A stretch of DNA of 64,000 bases, from assembly GCA_049724395.1 (NCBI GenBank), contig JAUGWO010000012.1:124001-188000 (forward strand), written 5' to 3'. This DNA comes from Spongospora subterranea f. sp. subterranea (lineage: Eukaryota). The notes below the pieces were generated by a model that worked only from the letters and a program-made list of their open reading frames with translations, was not told the origin of the DNA and ran no database searches. Both the position numbers and the translations under genes were made by a program. Below, in pieces: positions 12,817 through 24,574 of this stretch (position 1 is its first letter; each line of letters opens with the position of its first letter).

Positions 12817-13109
12817 TATTTCTTTATGATCAACGATTAGTTCCAACATGTCCACGAGTATCACGAATCCATTGAGTACATCCAGTGACAATTCCTTCTA
12901 AAACTCTGGTTCACCGATTAATGTTGAATAGAAGAAGTGATTTTACTAAGTATCGATCCGTTCATTGAGAAGAAAGCAGAGTGATTGAAAAGATCGGACG
13001 TGCGTAGGACTGAAGAAAATACGATCGATGGCACAGAGTAGACTGATCGGGGACGCTATGTCGTTGCGCTAGGCACAACATCAGTTTCCCCCGCCCGCGA
13101 CGCCTTCAG

Positions 13110-13890
13110 GAAACACCAGTAGTCGCAAACGCTGGACGTGTTCACGAAGTATTCTGGGGATCTCTCAGAGTTATTCGAAGAATCATAACCTTTCCGGCGA
13201 GGGCGATACTTTCAAGCTGACGGCGGACCCTTGTGGGCCAAGATTTCCTACACCAACAACCGTATCGGGGTCGAGAACCGGGTCCAGTTGGGCGAGCTTG
13301 AACTGGTTCAGCGCGCGAAAGAGCGTCTTCATGGGGAAAATAACGTATGAACCACCCTTAGTGTGGCGGATAACCTTGAGGGGTCCTTTAGGTAAAAGGG
13401 ATCGCCTTTCGATGACGTTTTGGGGTCCAGCAGATTCACATAGGAATTACTTGGAATGCGATCGCCGACGAGAATACGGTGGCGATTGGCGTACTTGGAG
13501 ATGGCCGCAGCAGTTTGAGAAGAAGGTGCATCACTGATGGGTGGAAAGGCGACTTCCTGAGCCCCATTGGAGGCGACGGCGGATATCGTCGTGTGGCGGT
13601 GGGCGGTCCCTCAGCGTCATCGTGTTGTTCCCTGTTAATTCTTAGGTGATGCTGCAGGACCTCAATCGGTCATCGAAAACCGATCCCTAAGACCCATCAA
13701 GGCCATCCGCCGCAAAACTGGTTTATACATTCGTTTAGGATCCGATGGTGACGCCTCAAGCTCGTCCAACTGGTCCCGGATGGCTTCAGTTTGCCCATCA
13801 AGATGGTGTGTTGGTCGAGGAGAACCGTACTTCCTGTGTATCTCTTTAGTTCGTTCAATCGTTGCAACAGACTCGGATTTTTCAAAAAAG
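13110..13890 (-). mobile_element. Degenerate Ty3/gypsy (chromovirus-type) pol remnant: integrase C-terminus plus chromodomain
   Basis: Frameshifted HHLDGQTE; SKYANRHR..SKGDPFY/GPLKVIRHTKGGSYVI (GPY/F-like); EILAHKG..KY..RKGYDSSNNSE.SPEYFVNTSSVCDYW chromodomain; many stops. Confidence 0.75.
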
Positions 13891-14120
13891 TTCTATAAAT
13901 TTATCAAATTTACAATCTCTACAGTACGTAAAATTTGTTCAGAGATGGTCGAATAGCTTCTGGCAGGACCCCGTTGCCGATTTCAGGAACGCAAAAGCAC
14001 TTCGGAATCGCAAAAAAGGGGGTTCACACTGAGATTTACGTACACTGTTTGCCAGATGCGATTCTGGTTACGCTGCTGGTTTCATAGAACAGACCCGGTG
14101 AAGTAGAATCCCAATCGCTG

Positions 14121-15031
14121 TCACAATGACAATATCCCATGAGGTTTATACTTTTTGACCGAACGCTCACTAGGCCGGAATAGGAAGTTGCTACCATAGA
14201 TCTCCAGCAGCGCACCGTTGAACTGAATTCCGAAAACGGAATGCGCTTTAAGAATCACTGCAAGTTCCATTGTTTTCAACTGTCAGAGATCGCCCGGCCA
14301 TGATCAAGACAAAACAACAGACCTTTTGTCGCATCAGTATGGGTCACGATCTCGAAAGAATGCTGCGTCTCTTTGTAGACAATACCTCTCTGACCAATAA
14401 GACTAGGTGAACGGCTGCGAAGCACCATTATGATCGCCCCATGCAGGTCGCTTTTGATGATCTTGCTTTGGAGTATACTGAGACTATCAAACAACGTAGT
14501 TGGAAACCGAGCGACTTAAAAGAAAAACAAAACAAAGCATACGAGATTTGTCGAAAACTAAAAAAATACCGACTTTGTCGAACTCGAAGTCGCTTGTTGA
14601 AAATATTGCAGCCAAAGGTGATGAATCGGCTCGAATATTGAGTATTTGATCATTTTCCTGTCAATGTTGAGCATTCCTCGCCGTTTCTGTTCTCGTCCAC
14701 TCAACACTTTCTGTCGGGACATGGCGTGGGCCGTTTTTCTGCGCTGGCGCTCCTCCTGGTTCGGTTCCCGGACCGAATTGTCCAGCATGACCCGTTTGTT
14801 CTCCAGTTTGGCCTGCGCCGATTTCATGCCGCTTCCGGTCGCGACGATCGACCCGATCAGCTCCTGGATCGAGCTGGGGATCGTCTGATCCGCCAGGCGC
14901 AGCTCGGCTGCTATCCCAGCATCAACTTTGTCATATATCGGGTGATCGTCCGCCCCCAACGACCAATGCTCATTCCGACCCCGTTTGTGATCGGACCCGA
15001 CCACAGATTCGGTCCGAGGTCGTTTCGACAT
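14121..15031 (-). CDS. POP4: RNase P/MRP subunit p29 (POP4/Rpp29), multi-exon
   Basis: YSIFEPIHHLWLQY; KSDLHGAIIMVLRSRSPSLIGQRGIVYKETQHSFEIVT; IYGSNFLFRPSERSVKKYK. Confidence 0.93.
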
Positions 15032-15541
15032 TGAGATAATTTCGACCGACGGAGTCCGTGACGACTTTTGGCAATTCGACTGACGATCCCAGTTGTGGGT
15101 TCTTCGGCAGATTACGCCACAGGGGATAGCCGGTCTGGGCGCAGAAGCCATCTGCAGAATGGTTCGGTTGACACCCTGGTCAGGTTCCCCTTGTAGGAAA
15201 TTATCACGGCACCGATATGGTTTGGGCGCCAGATTCTACAGCACAATGTGTTTCGAATGTTTTAGCGTCTTGTTCGATGCGATGCCCACTCGACGACACC
15301 TGTCGAAAACGAAGCCATCCATGATTTTTTTATCAGGATAATCTCATACATGTGAACGCGGCGGTTATCGTATGAAGCCGCAAACCAGCAGTGGCGACAG
15401 CGTTGGTCGAGATGTTCCAGGCCGGTAGAGGGGTTTTCAGGGCCGGAACAGGGTGCACTCGGCCAGATACGAAAAATATAGTGAATGTATATTGGAGATA
15501 AATTAGATATTAGATTACGATGAGACGGGCGACGGTCGTTC

Positions 15542-16461
15542 CTAGAAATCCAGCCACGCTCGATAATACTCACATGCCGATGGCGAAATGGGACCGCCTT
15601 CTTTACAGGAATGGGATACAATACACACACAACACGGGATGGTCGCGTAGAAATCCATCTCGATCGGCAGCTTCGACAACCGATACAGAACGTCGTCGCG
15701 TTTCCGCTTGGAACCAGCCAGGAATCCGGTGCCGGAAAGGGCGCTTGAATCGGGAACTCGTTCGATGACGGAATCGTAGAGGAGCGAGTTGATCACCTGC
15801 TGAACGTCTCCGACTTCCAGTGCGATTTTGGAGACCTTGGACACGACCAGGAAATCGCCGATATCGTCGACACTGGCGGCGCCGTTCTTCTCGATGTATT
15901 TCAGGCACGCCTGGCGTAGGATCTTGATGAATTCGGCATCGAGATCGGCACCGAATGACAAGGCGCCCCCGGTCAGATCACGACACGGCTCAACATCGAA
16001 CTTCAGGTAAACTTTGCGATTGTTCTGAACGGATTTGATCTCCTTGATGAGGCGCTTCTGGATCAGAATCTTGATGATCTTGGCGATAACGGTCTGGTTG
16101 AGACCGGATTTCGCCCGCAGATCCCTAACCCATATCCCGCGATCCACCGATAGCTCAACCAGGCGATAGATCAGAATCCCTTCGTGATCGAGCCCGGTGA
16201 ACTTCTCGGCCAGCTCGGCGCTGACGATTTTGTACAGGATCTGAGCCCCGTCTTGCAATAGGGTCAGACGCCCGCGACCCAATAACGAATTGATCAACTC
16301 GGCCCTGGTTTCAACGGCCACATTTTCTAGTCTCGATTTTCTTGCAATATATCGTCCGGTAATCCATCCGGATACTCTTCACATAGGCGAATGAATTTAT
16401 TCTCGGCTTTGACCAGAACCGATTGCGGCGCCGCTTTCGCCCGTCCTGCGTCGCCCGACAT
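15542..16461 (-). CDS. POLR3F: RNA polymerase III subunit RPC34/RPC6; apparent frameshift near 16335
   Basis: N-terminal LCEEYPDGLPDDIL in one frame, then RAELINSLL..GIWVRDLR.KSGL..LIKEIKSV..KVYLKFDVEP..LTGG and C-terminal PCCVC.V..SC..GGPISPSACEY Fe-S motif in another frame. Confidence 0.92.
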
Positions 16462-16998
16462 TTATCGGCAATAACAGACGCCGGCTAGGCCCAGCGGTAA
16501 AAGGGAATCGGACGATCACAGTCCCTTTGGACCTTTCGATGACGATCGATGGTCAGATTATTTGTTACCGAGTCTGAGGCGGAGTCCGTAGCGGCACGAC
16601 GACCCCGCGAAAAAACAAGTCGTTCGCGCCAGACTGCGGAGATCACGATTGGAAAAGCACTTTCTCATTAATACAACACCAGTTGAGGGAAGTTTTGAAT
16701 TTGCTGCTGTTTTTCGCCTTGGCGTTTTCAGGAGTATTCCAGTGCAGATTCGGTGTCGCTGGACGAAGGATGCGTCCAAGGAATTTTCTCCTTCGTCGGC
16801 ATTTCCGCAGGCGACAGTTTATTTGAATACCTTCGTCAGGTCCAGGGCGTGGTTTCAACGCAATCAGCCAACACTCTCGGCAAACGATCAAGTTCGCTGA
16901 GCGATGTACAGTCTGAATCCGGGATTTCGCTGACTCGTCCAATTGAGCGGCGCCGCGAATCATGGCCAGACATCTGTCGAGAAATAATAATATTGTAC

Positions 16999-17460
16999 TT
17001 AGTGTTGATCATTAATTATAGATTGATCGTCGGTCCTTTGTTCATCTCGTTGTACAATCACATCAAGTTCCGACTCCAACATGCTCGAATGAGCCGGTCC
17101 CGGCGCCTGATTTAGTCCTGAATCCGATTCCGTTCTCGAAAACGCTTCTGATTCTTGAACCGCCTCTCCCCGATCAATCAGGTTTGATTGTTCGTTAGGG
17201 CTCGGCGATCTCCTTCCTCGTTTAATCGCGGAAAGTGGTTCGCCATTCGATCGCCGGTGCCATCTCTGTGTCAATTCCGGATCTTGCTGTTCGGTATCGG
17301 GAACCCATTTATTCAGCGTCATTCCACTAACGACGACCTGCTTCCTGGACCATTTCCGAGCTCGCGCGTCCAACCCGAGCCGGCCCTGGGTCTGTCCCAG
17401 CGCCCGGATCCCTGTGAACACGCCCCGATTGCCCCGGGTCGTGGCGCTACGGCTGGCCAT
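16999..17460 (-). CDS. BCL7-like (BCL_N domain) SWI/SNF-associated protein; 3' end uncertain, may splice to further exons
   Basis: MASRSATTR..VFTG..ARKWSRKQVVVSGMTLNKWVPDTE matches the BCL7 pattern RKW.KK.V......KWVP, followed by a low-complexity tail. Confidence 0.65.
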   Translation of the reverse strand: MASRSATTRGNRGVFTGIRALGQTQGRLGLDARARKWSRKQVVVSGMTLNKWVPDTEQQDPELTQRWHRRSNGEPLSAIKRGRRSPSPNEQSNLIDRGEAVQESEAFSRTESDSGLNQAPGPAHSSMLESELDVIVQRDEQRTDDQSIINDQH

Positions 17461-17533
17461 CAGCAGCGATGCCTAATCCCAACCGCGGTTCCGCCACCAC
17501 CTCGCCCTTTATCCGTAGTGATTGTGTGAATTA

Positions 17534-17718
17534 TGGCGACTGATTATGATTTCAATGAGAAATGTGGGTTCAAATAATGAGCGGCATTAATTCCTATATT
17601 TCAGACGAGCTTATAGGCAATATACTAACCCTCTAAATCGGCCATGCTGATGAAATATAGGAATTAATGCCGGTCAATATGAACCCACATATTTCATTGA
17701 GATCATAATCCGTCGCCA
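17534..17718. mobile_element. MITE/foldback element, ~185 bp, ~70-bp imperfect inverted arms, flanked by TA
   Basis: tggcgactgattatgatttcaatgag...attaattcctatatttca versus tgaaatataggaattaat...cattgagatcataatccgtcgcca. Confidence 0.8.
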
Positions 17719-18315
17719 TAATGCTATTTTTGATAGTGATTTCTGAGGACTTATCACCAAATTGATGCTCCGAAACAATGGGTGATCCAGATTAACTTCT
17801 TATTATGACTTAACAAGCGATGCTGATTAGAGACTTTGACAAATAATTGTCGCCCAGGGCGCTACCCTTTCGCGACTTTGCGTGTGATCGTCCAAGTCGA
17901 TGATGAGTACTGATCAATAATCCCCTCCTTGTTTTCCTTAAGTCGACGCCAGACGATGGCGACATCCAGACGACCTTCGATTAACGCCCTGGACAGGTGA
18001 ATGATAAAATGAATACATGGCATTGGGAGAGTGCTGGAAGACTGAGAATGCCCGAGGACGTGTCCAATATCCAGGTCGTGCAATGCAGTGTACCTGTTGT
18101 TACCTGTTCCACCAACTGCAGAGTGTTGTGTGACCGGTATCGTCAATCCTGCAATATGGCATTGTAACTGAAACAAGGACAATTATAGACTGGGAGACTG
18201 GTGTAGATGGAGCGATCTGCCGGTTGGGGACAGGGTGACTCTACACACATCACGAGAGCTCCTTTATCCAGCACCGCTACTAACCCACCTGGGGTCCATT
18301 TGCCGATCAAAAACT

Positions 18316-19059
18316 ATGAAAATCGAGAACGAAGGCGATATATACCTTGAATCATTATGGGTTCTGTCATTATTTGGCGCCACCGCTCTGTTGCGCCTGG
18401 CAGTTGGGCAGTTGTGCTGCCAGAAGATCTGTTTTCAAATTCTGAACGCGGGATTTGTCTCGGCACACACCGTGGATGTTTTCGCATCGTGCTCAGGCGG
18501 CGCGCGATCATTGGGTTTTGGTGCTTCGTATCGTATGTGGAGATTAGATCCTATTCTGCCTTCGTATGCCTGTTTGATCCCATTACTATGCTGGATTGTT
18601 GGCCTACCGATTAAGCTCACTGCTGTTACGGCCGTTCGCCCCAATGCTATCTTGGGCCCAACTTACACGTGGATTGTCGGATATCTATGGATAGGATTAG
18701 CCATTTGTGTTCAGATTTCTGCTATCTTCTATGATCGAGCGTGTGGAATCAGGAATTCTGACGGGCGTATTGTAAGTTATCGGCGTATTTTCCAGTCAAG
18801 ATTCTGTACATCAAATGGGATCGCAATGATGTATTCCGCTGACGATGTGGATAACGACAGAAAGCTGGTTTCACATATCGACAGAAAATTGGGAATGGCG
18901 ATAGAATGGAGGAAATCTGATTCCAACACTATGTCGTTATACGTTCGTGCTGAACAACGCGACAGTCTTGAACTGGTTGAGGTGGATTATCCAAATCCGG
19001 TCAAGCAGGAAAACTCGAAAGGGATTGCATACGAACACGTTCTGCCAGTAGTTGGATAA
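18316..19059 (+). CDS. Hypothetical multi-pass membrane protein, intronless
   Basis: 247-aa ORF from ATG 18316 with about 4 hydrophobic segments and a polar C-terminus. Confidence 0.55.
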   Translation: MKIENEGDIYLESLWVLSLFGATALLRLAVGQLCCQKICFQILNAGFVSAHTVDVFASCSGGARSLGFGASYRMWRLDPILPSYACLIPLLCWIVGLPIKLTAVTAVRPNAILGPTYTWIVGYLWIGLAICVQISAIFYDRACGIRNSDGRIVSYRRIFQSRFCTSNGIAMMYSADDVDNDRKLVSHIDRKLGMAIEWRKSDSNTMSLYVRAEQRDSLELVEVDYPNPVKQENSKGIAYEHVLPVVG

Positions 19060-19134
19060 TCCAATAAAACGTCAAATTTCTGTTCCAATCCTAATCGATA
19101 TGTATTAAGGGATGTGAGGTGTGATAACTTGTTA

Positions 19135-19886
19135 TTAGCGAGAATCATTCCGTCCGAACTTTTTCTTTCCTAAAGAAATCGGAACGTACTTGTGCTTGAT
19201 CATGTGCTTGATTTGCCGCTTCATTGTCAAAAATACCAATGCAATGAAATACATGAGCAGGATGGGCCAAAATACCGGCTGCAAAACAAAATCGTGAGAA
19301 ACCGGAGAACTATGCAATAACGGACGCTTACAATATCACAAACTGAGAAAAATGTGCATATTAAGGAGATTACCGAGGCTTTGAAAGCAGAATACCAAAA
19401 CTTGAATTCTGGAAGCCGTCTGATGAACGGCTTAAACTCGTCAGAATCGTGAACAGGCAGCGCCAGGCCATCAGACGGATCGAGATCAGGGTCGTCTTGC
19501 GGGGAAAGAAACCCGATAAAAAGGTGGAGAAGATATATGCCATAGGCATATGCAACGATAAAGAACCCTTGAAGAACGAAGATACGAACGGCTATAAGGA
19601 GAAAACAAACCCCGAATGCAGCCCATCGGATCCCCGTATAAAGGAACGGCTGCATCAAGATACCTAGATAGACATCACTTGGTATACTGAAAAATAAGAG
19701 CAATTTTGAAAAATTCTAACAGAATCAATGAACCCTATATTCGATAACAGATCGAAATTCCAAGTTCAAAGGGCACCTTTGAAATTTCCGCTGCAGCTCC
19801 GCGAAAACACGTTGAGCGAAAGTTATCTCAGGGATGGCGGCGGCCGTAGGAAACGCCCCCTCTCCGGGTGGAGATAAAAATGACAT
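19135..19886 (-). CDS. RER1: ER retrieval receptor RER1, multi-exon; apparent +1 frameshift near 19641
   Basis: [79 protein letters not shown]. Confidence 0.95.
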
Positions 19887-20574
19887 CGACGCGCGACCGC
19901 TTCAGCAGAACTGGCCACGTGCAGTTGATTCCGTCAAATTTGGTCGAACCTGATCTGGCAAATCGAAAAAATTTAACTGCGCACAAGACACAGTCCCGCA
20001 CAGTTCGTGACTTTGTGTGTGTATATAATATAGCTAAAGAGTAAAGGTGTAACGGTGGATAGCACCAGCGCAGGGATAGCGCCACTTTGCATGGCCCTGC
20101 TGTTATTTGATTTTCTTCCATCATCGGGTGTGCGACTTCGTGAGTTTTTTTTTTCGGCGACCTTGGTGCGATTTTTTAATTCGGTTGAGGTGAAACCTTG
20201 GCGGACGGAAAGGAAGCTGATACTGTGGTTGCCTGGCTTTGATGAATTCATCAACGAATTCCCAATTCATTTTCGACCGTTGAGCCGCTCATTGAATGCG
20301 TCGTTGAATTTTCGATTAGGATGTTGCTATCCCCTCGATATTGCCCCACGTTTTACAACAACGGATTTGGAAAGCTCTCATTTGTAAATGGTCGCGTTCC
20401 AGTTGGGGTTGGGGCCAATGCACCAGGGGGAGTCGCGAAAGCACAGGTGATTTCGGTCACTCTCGCGCAGGCTATTTATTTGGTTGTCCCGCTTGTGTCT
20501 TCCTTAGTTTGAAGTTCGTCATTGGTTTCTGGGTGAAACCGCTATTCTGAAAGTATTTGATGACGAAAACAAGG

Positions 20575-20678
20575 GAACGTATTTTTCACATATCACAGAT
20601 CATAGGAATTGACAAGCTTCATTGTTAATTATATAAGGCCAAATTTCTGTGATCCGTGAATATGTAAAAAATACGTTC
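20575..20678. repeat. ~104-bp imperfect inverted repeat (small MITE-like hairpin)
   Basis: gaacgtatttttcacatatcacagatcataggaatt versus aatttctgtgatccgtgaatatgtaaaaaatacgttc. Confidence 0.75.
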
Positions 20679-20886
20679 ACTGATCAGAAGATATTCAAAT
20701 CTCGACCCAGCGGAAACTATTGCGCATGCTTCCTTTCTGGGAACAGACCACCGAACATAGCTACAATCTGTCAGGGAATGACATAATGTTTGAGACGACG
20801 TGGAATAACAGTGGGTTTCCAGTAGAGATGGGCTTTAAACACAAGGAAATATGAGCAGGTTGGTACGCTGGAACAGTGATATATGT

Positions 20887-21797
20887 TTATAATGCAAATT
20901 CTTGGTCGCAATCATCAAATAGCCACTTGTTGATTGAATCCTCCTGTTCGCTAATCTTCCCTTGCAATCGCTTGTTAAGAATCGCTTCCTTTTCGGCAAG
21001 TTCAGCCTGTAAACTAGCGATAATTTTATCTTTCTCAGTGTTTCCGTACCTAGCAAAACCAATGAATTAAATGACAACTGGATAACCGTACCTGAAGCCT
21101 ACAGCAGCTGGTATTCTAGATTCCTGATTTCTTCTTCGCTGTTGTTTATAGGTTGCGATAAGTGCTTCTTGAGCTCCGCTAAATCGTTTTGTAATGAATG
21201 GCAATCTCGCCGTAATTGCTTATTCTCATGGCGTAACTTATCCGCGTCGTCTACTTCGCCCAGCAAACGCGATACTTCTTGATTTAAACAAATCGATTTC
21301 TGAGAATAAGTGTTTAGTCGCGATGAATACACAGATTGAAGAAATGAACCTTTGATAGATTGTTTGACCACGTAGTCCATCATTTCCTGTCTGCCAGGCA
21401 TTGTCCCGTTTTCAACGCTTTGCCATTCATCGTTAAAGCTAATATCAACCGAAAGAACGGCCTGCCTTATCAAACCAGCTAACTTTAGCTCATTCTATTG
21501 CCAAATAAAAATTCAAATAAAAAACAACGGAGGATCCTCGTCACTGACATTAAGCGCAGGCAGTGACTCAAGTTTCTGCAAAATAACAGCTACGATTCTC
21601 GATCTTTCTGCAAGAATGCTGGGGACTTCTAACGTTTGGCTAGCGCCATCAGCCATGACTTGTTCTGCAGATGCGGACGAACGAGCAGTGACCGCGCGAC
21701 GATGAACCTTTGAGGCGGTCGCGATTAAAAACCCAACCGCAATAGCAACGGCGCAAGCGAACGCTGTAGTCTCAATCACTGCCGCAAGAAGAAGCAT
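20887..21797 (-). CDS. Hypothetical protein with an N-terminal hydrophobic segment and C-terminal coiled coil, 3 exons
   Basis: MLLLAAVIETTAFACAVAIAVGFLIA; heptad-rich KLRHENKQLRRDCHSLQNDLAELKK and IIASLQAELAEKEAIL; GT-AG introns are phase-consistent. Confidence 0.6.
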
Positions 21798-22074
21798 ATC
21801 CTGCGGCGAACACGAAGAATTAATCGGCCAGTCGGCGATTAACAAGTGCGATCCAATCACCCTTCTCACTATAAAGGCTGCGACGAGACGGCAGTAAACG
21901 GGTAATTCAAACCTGTACCCGCTCTCTCTCTCTCTCTGGACGGATCTCAATCAGCTTCGGCTCGTCGAAACCATGATTAGAAAGGCGCAACATAATCCAG
22001 TGATTTCACTGACAGGGCTGAGTACGTAACAGTTTCGTGTAGTAGTGCTATCTGCTGTATAGAAATATCCGCCA

Positions 22075-22147
22075 GCCCCGCTAGCTCAGTTGGTAGAGCA
22101 TTGGTCTAATAAGCCAAAGGTCATCGGTTCAAGCCCGATGTGGGGCA
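22075..22147 (+). tRNA. tRNA-Ile(AAT)
   Basis: GCCCCGCTAGCTCAGTTGGTAGAGCATTGGTCTAATAAGCCAAAGGTCATCGGTTCAAGCCCGATGTGGGGCA cloverleaf; T-run downstream. Confidence 0.95.
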
Positions 22148-22858
22148 AATGTTTTTCTTGTTTTGTCTTCGAGATGTCTGATAAACAGAGACTTGACCCA
22201 ATGAATGAGCGGGGGGGATCATCATTTTGTCGTTGACTTTAGGGACAGATAAATGCTCAAATTGGTTCTCTAATATACCATTATGATCGTTTGATTCATT
22301 GGTAGACGTCCTAGATGTTCAATTTGCCGTTATTGATGAAAATCCTTTTATATTTGAATTATAGCTATCAAATATCGGTCTTTGCTAGTTCGCTGATACA
22401 AATATTACAAATTTTGCTGAATGAAAAAACTTTTCGTCGCAAAAGTTGATTCATACACATTGCTGGATTATGCCGACATGTTGTCGTCGAACCTCGAAAC
22501 ATCGTCCTAATAATTACACGATGACGGACATTGTTTGATCACAAATGTTTACCTGGCCATAAAGGTTGTTGAACCAAATGTTCGGAAATCAGTTGCGATA
22601 TAAGTAATTGGATAAGCTGCGGTTTCGACGTCAAATTGGAAATCTTCAGTGGACCGACGCCGACAAAAGCGAACTTTCCTCCAACGTGGTTTCCGTTCTC
22701 GACATTTCCCAGTTGGATTTAACATCATTAATTTTAATTATCTCTTTCTGAACACTTATATAGTGCCACTTCTCTGATGATTGGGGCGTCAGTTCTACCA
22801 GCTCAGGGCATACACAATCCCAATATTTCTAGGCCAGATAATCGCAAACGGCGGGTTG

Positions 22859-24296
22859 TCACCCCCTCTTGTAGATGCCGATGGTTTTGTGGTTGGCGAC
22901 GACATACTGGAAGACGGACACGACGATCACGAACAGGAAGAACAGGCCGGACGCGGCGCCATACACGATCGATATATATCGATTCGGGGCCCCCATCCAC
23001 GATTGCGCCGACAACACCATCCACTTCTCCCCGCTCGATATCGGGTGTCGGAACTGATTATCGACCAGGATCTGCAGCTCGTCGCCCGGCTCCACCGATA
23101 GGTCCAATATCTGAGAAATCAGGGGTCGCTGAGGAACGGTGTTCGATGGCGAACGGAGCAAAGCGGGTTGGTTTCCCCATACCCGATACAGTTTCCTGAA
23201 TCTGCCATGGGCGGCCGGTTTCATCCAGTTCTGGAACGTCTGATCGGATAGCAGCGGCAGATTGATCGTGTGATTATCCCGCCTGATCTTCCTGGTTTCC
23301 TTCATCGATATGGCGCGATCAGTGTACTGAAAGCGTTCGTGAAAAACAAAACTTTCAGCTGGAGAGTCGACGTAACAACGACGATGTTTCGCTCCCCGAC
23401 CTTATCCTTTTCGCGCTTCCATGTCACTGGGAACATGCTGTAGGTGCTGCCCAACGCGATCGAGACCGACGAACCCGCTCGAATCAAGGACATGTTGAAC
23501 TGATCGTTGAAGAACGAATAGGGCAGCAACCCGCACGGATACGGAATCAGATTGTCGACCGGCGACGTGTCGAACTTCCCACCGCACGTCGATTTGTCGT
23601 AATCAGTCTGTTCCAATGAAAATGAATTAATTCGGACCCACACTGACCCTCACGAGAGTGACGGAACATGGAAAATTGAAAAAGTGAACCAGGTGCGCCC
23701 ATGGCGCAATTCCAATAACGGCACGATTACTTCTTGAAAAAGGCCAAACAAAGAACTTTGTTTCGACGTCAATTACTGAAATGGGTTTCGCTGAAAGAGG
23801 AAGATCGCCGACCTTTTCGTCAGATTGGACCTGATATGAGCTGAAAGCGGATGAATAGGTGCGGGTGTTCTGGTAGAAGTTGACGAGGCGGTAATAGAAC
23901 CGGATCGGGCCGGGCATCGCTTTGTCGAACGTGATCGAGACCAGGCATGGGCTGACCTCGCTCGGGCATTTGTCGTCATAACGAACCATAACCTGAATCG
24001 ATCCCCCAACCCGATCCCGGCAGAAATCAGCAACGGAAATCGCACCGACAACAAAACGGACGCAAGAAAAATCACGCCAAACGCACCTGCTGGGAGTTGT
24101 CGGAACCGACCGCCGTGATCGCCGACAAGCCAGCGCATCCAAAACTGGCACAGATCAGCACCACGATCAGCAGACCGAAACTGAGCCGCGGCTGCCAATC
24201 GCTCAGCAACCAGATCACGAACGCCGCCTTGCGATTCGGGGCGTGCGGTTCCTTGCCGGACGGCGGCAGGGTGGGAATTACGGCGGACGACGCCAG
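22859..24296 (-). CDS. CDC50/LEM3 family P4-ATPase (flippase) beta subunit, multi-exon; no ATG in the first exon (CTG at 24296)
   Basis: AF..LLSDWQPRL + TM1; GPIRFYYRLVNFYQNTRTY; YPCGLL..SFFNDQF; FQNWMKPAA..FRKLY; GEKWMVLS..SWMG + TM2. Confidence 0.9.
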
Positions 24297-24574
24297 AATT
24301 TTGTTTTGGCGCCGGCGCCCAGCCTCAAACTCAACTCGACGTTTTAGGTGGATTACAATCCAAAATTGGGCCCCTCAACTACTTCACTCTGCACACCAAC
24401 AAAACCTCAAACCGTCACAGCCGATCTATTTTTTTAAAACGATTTCTAAACACGATTGGCAGCGCCGCGCCGAAAAACAACGAGGCGAATGTGTTTCTCA
24501 AAGAAAGAGACGAGAGATTGAATCTGGCAATTGGTATATTGAAAACGGGTTGTTGGACGAATAACTAGGGATTA

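Noticed and set aside
15040..15500. Possible RNase P/MRP RNA between POP4 and RPC34
   Set aside because: No CR-I/CR-V consensus found; more likely UTR or promoter sequence
21040..21105. In-frame TAG suggesting readthrough in the coiled-coil gene
   Set aside because: A GT donor (ct|gtaggc) places the TAG in an intron and restores frame
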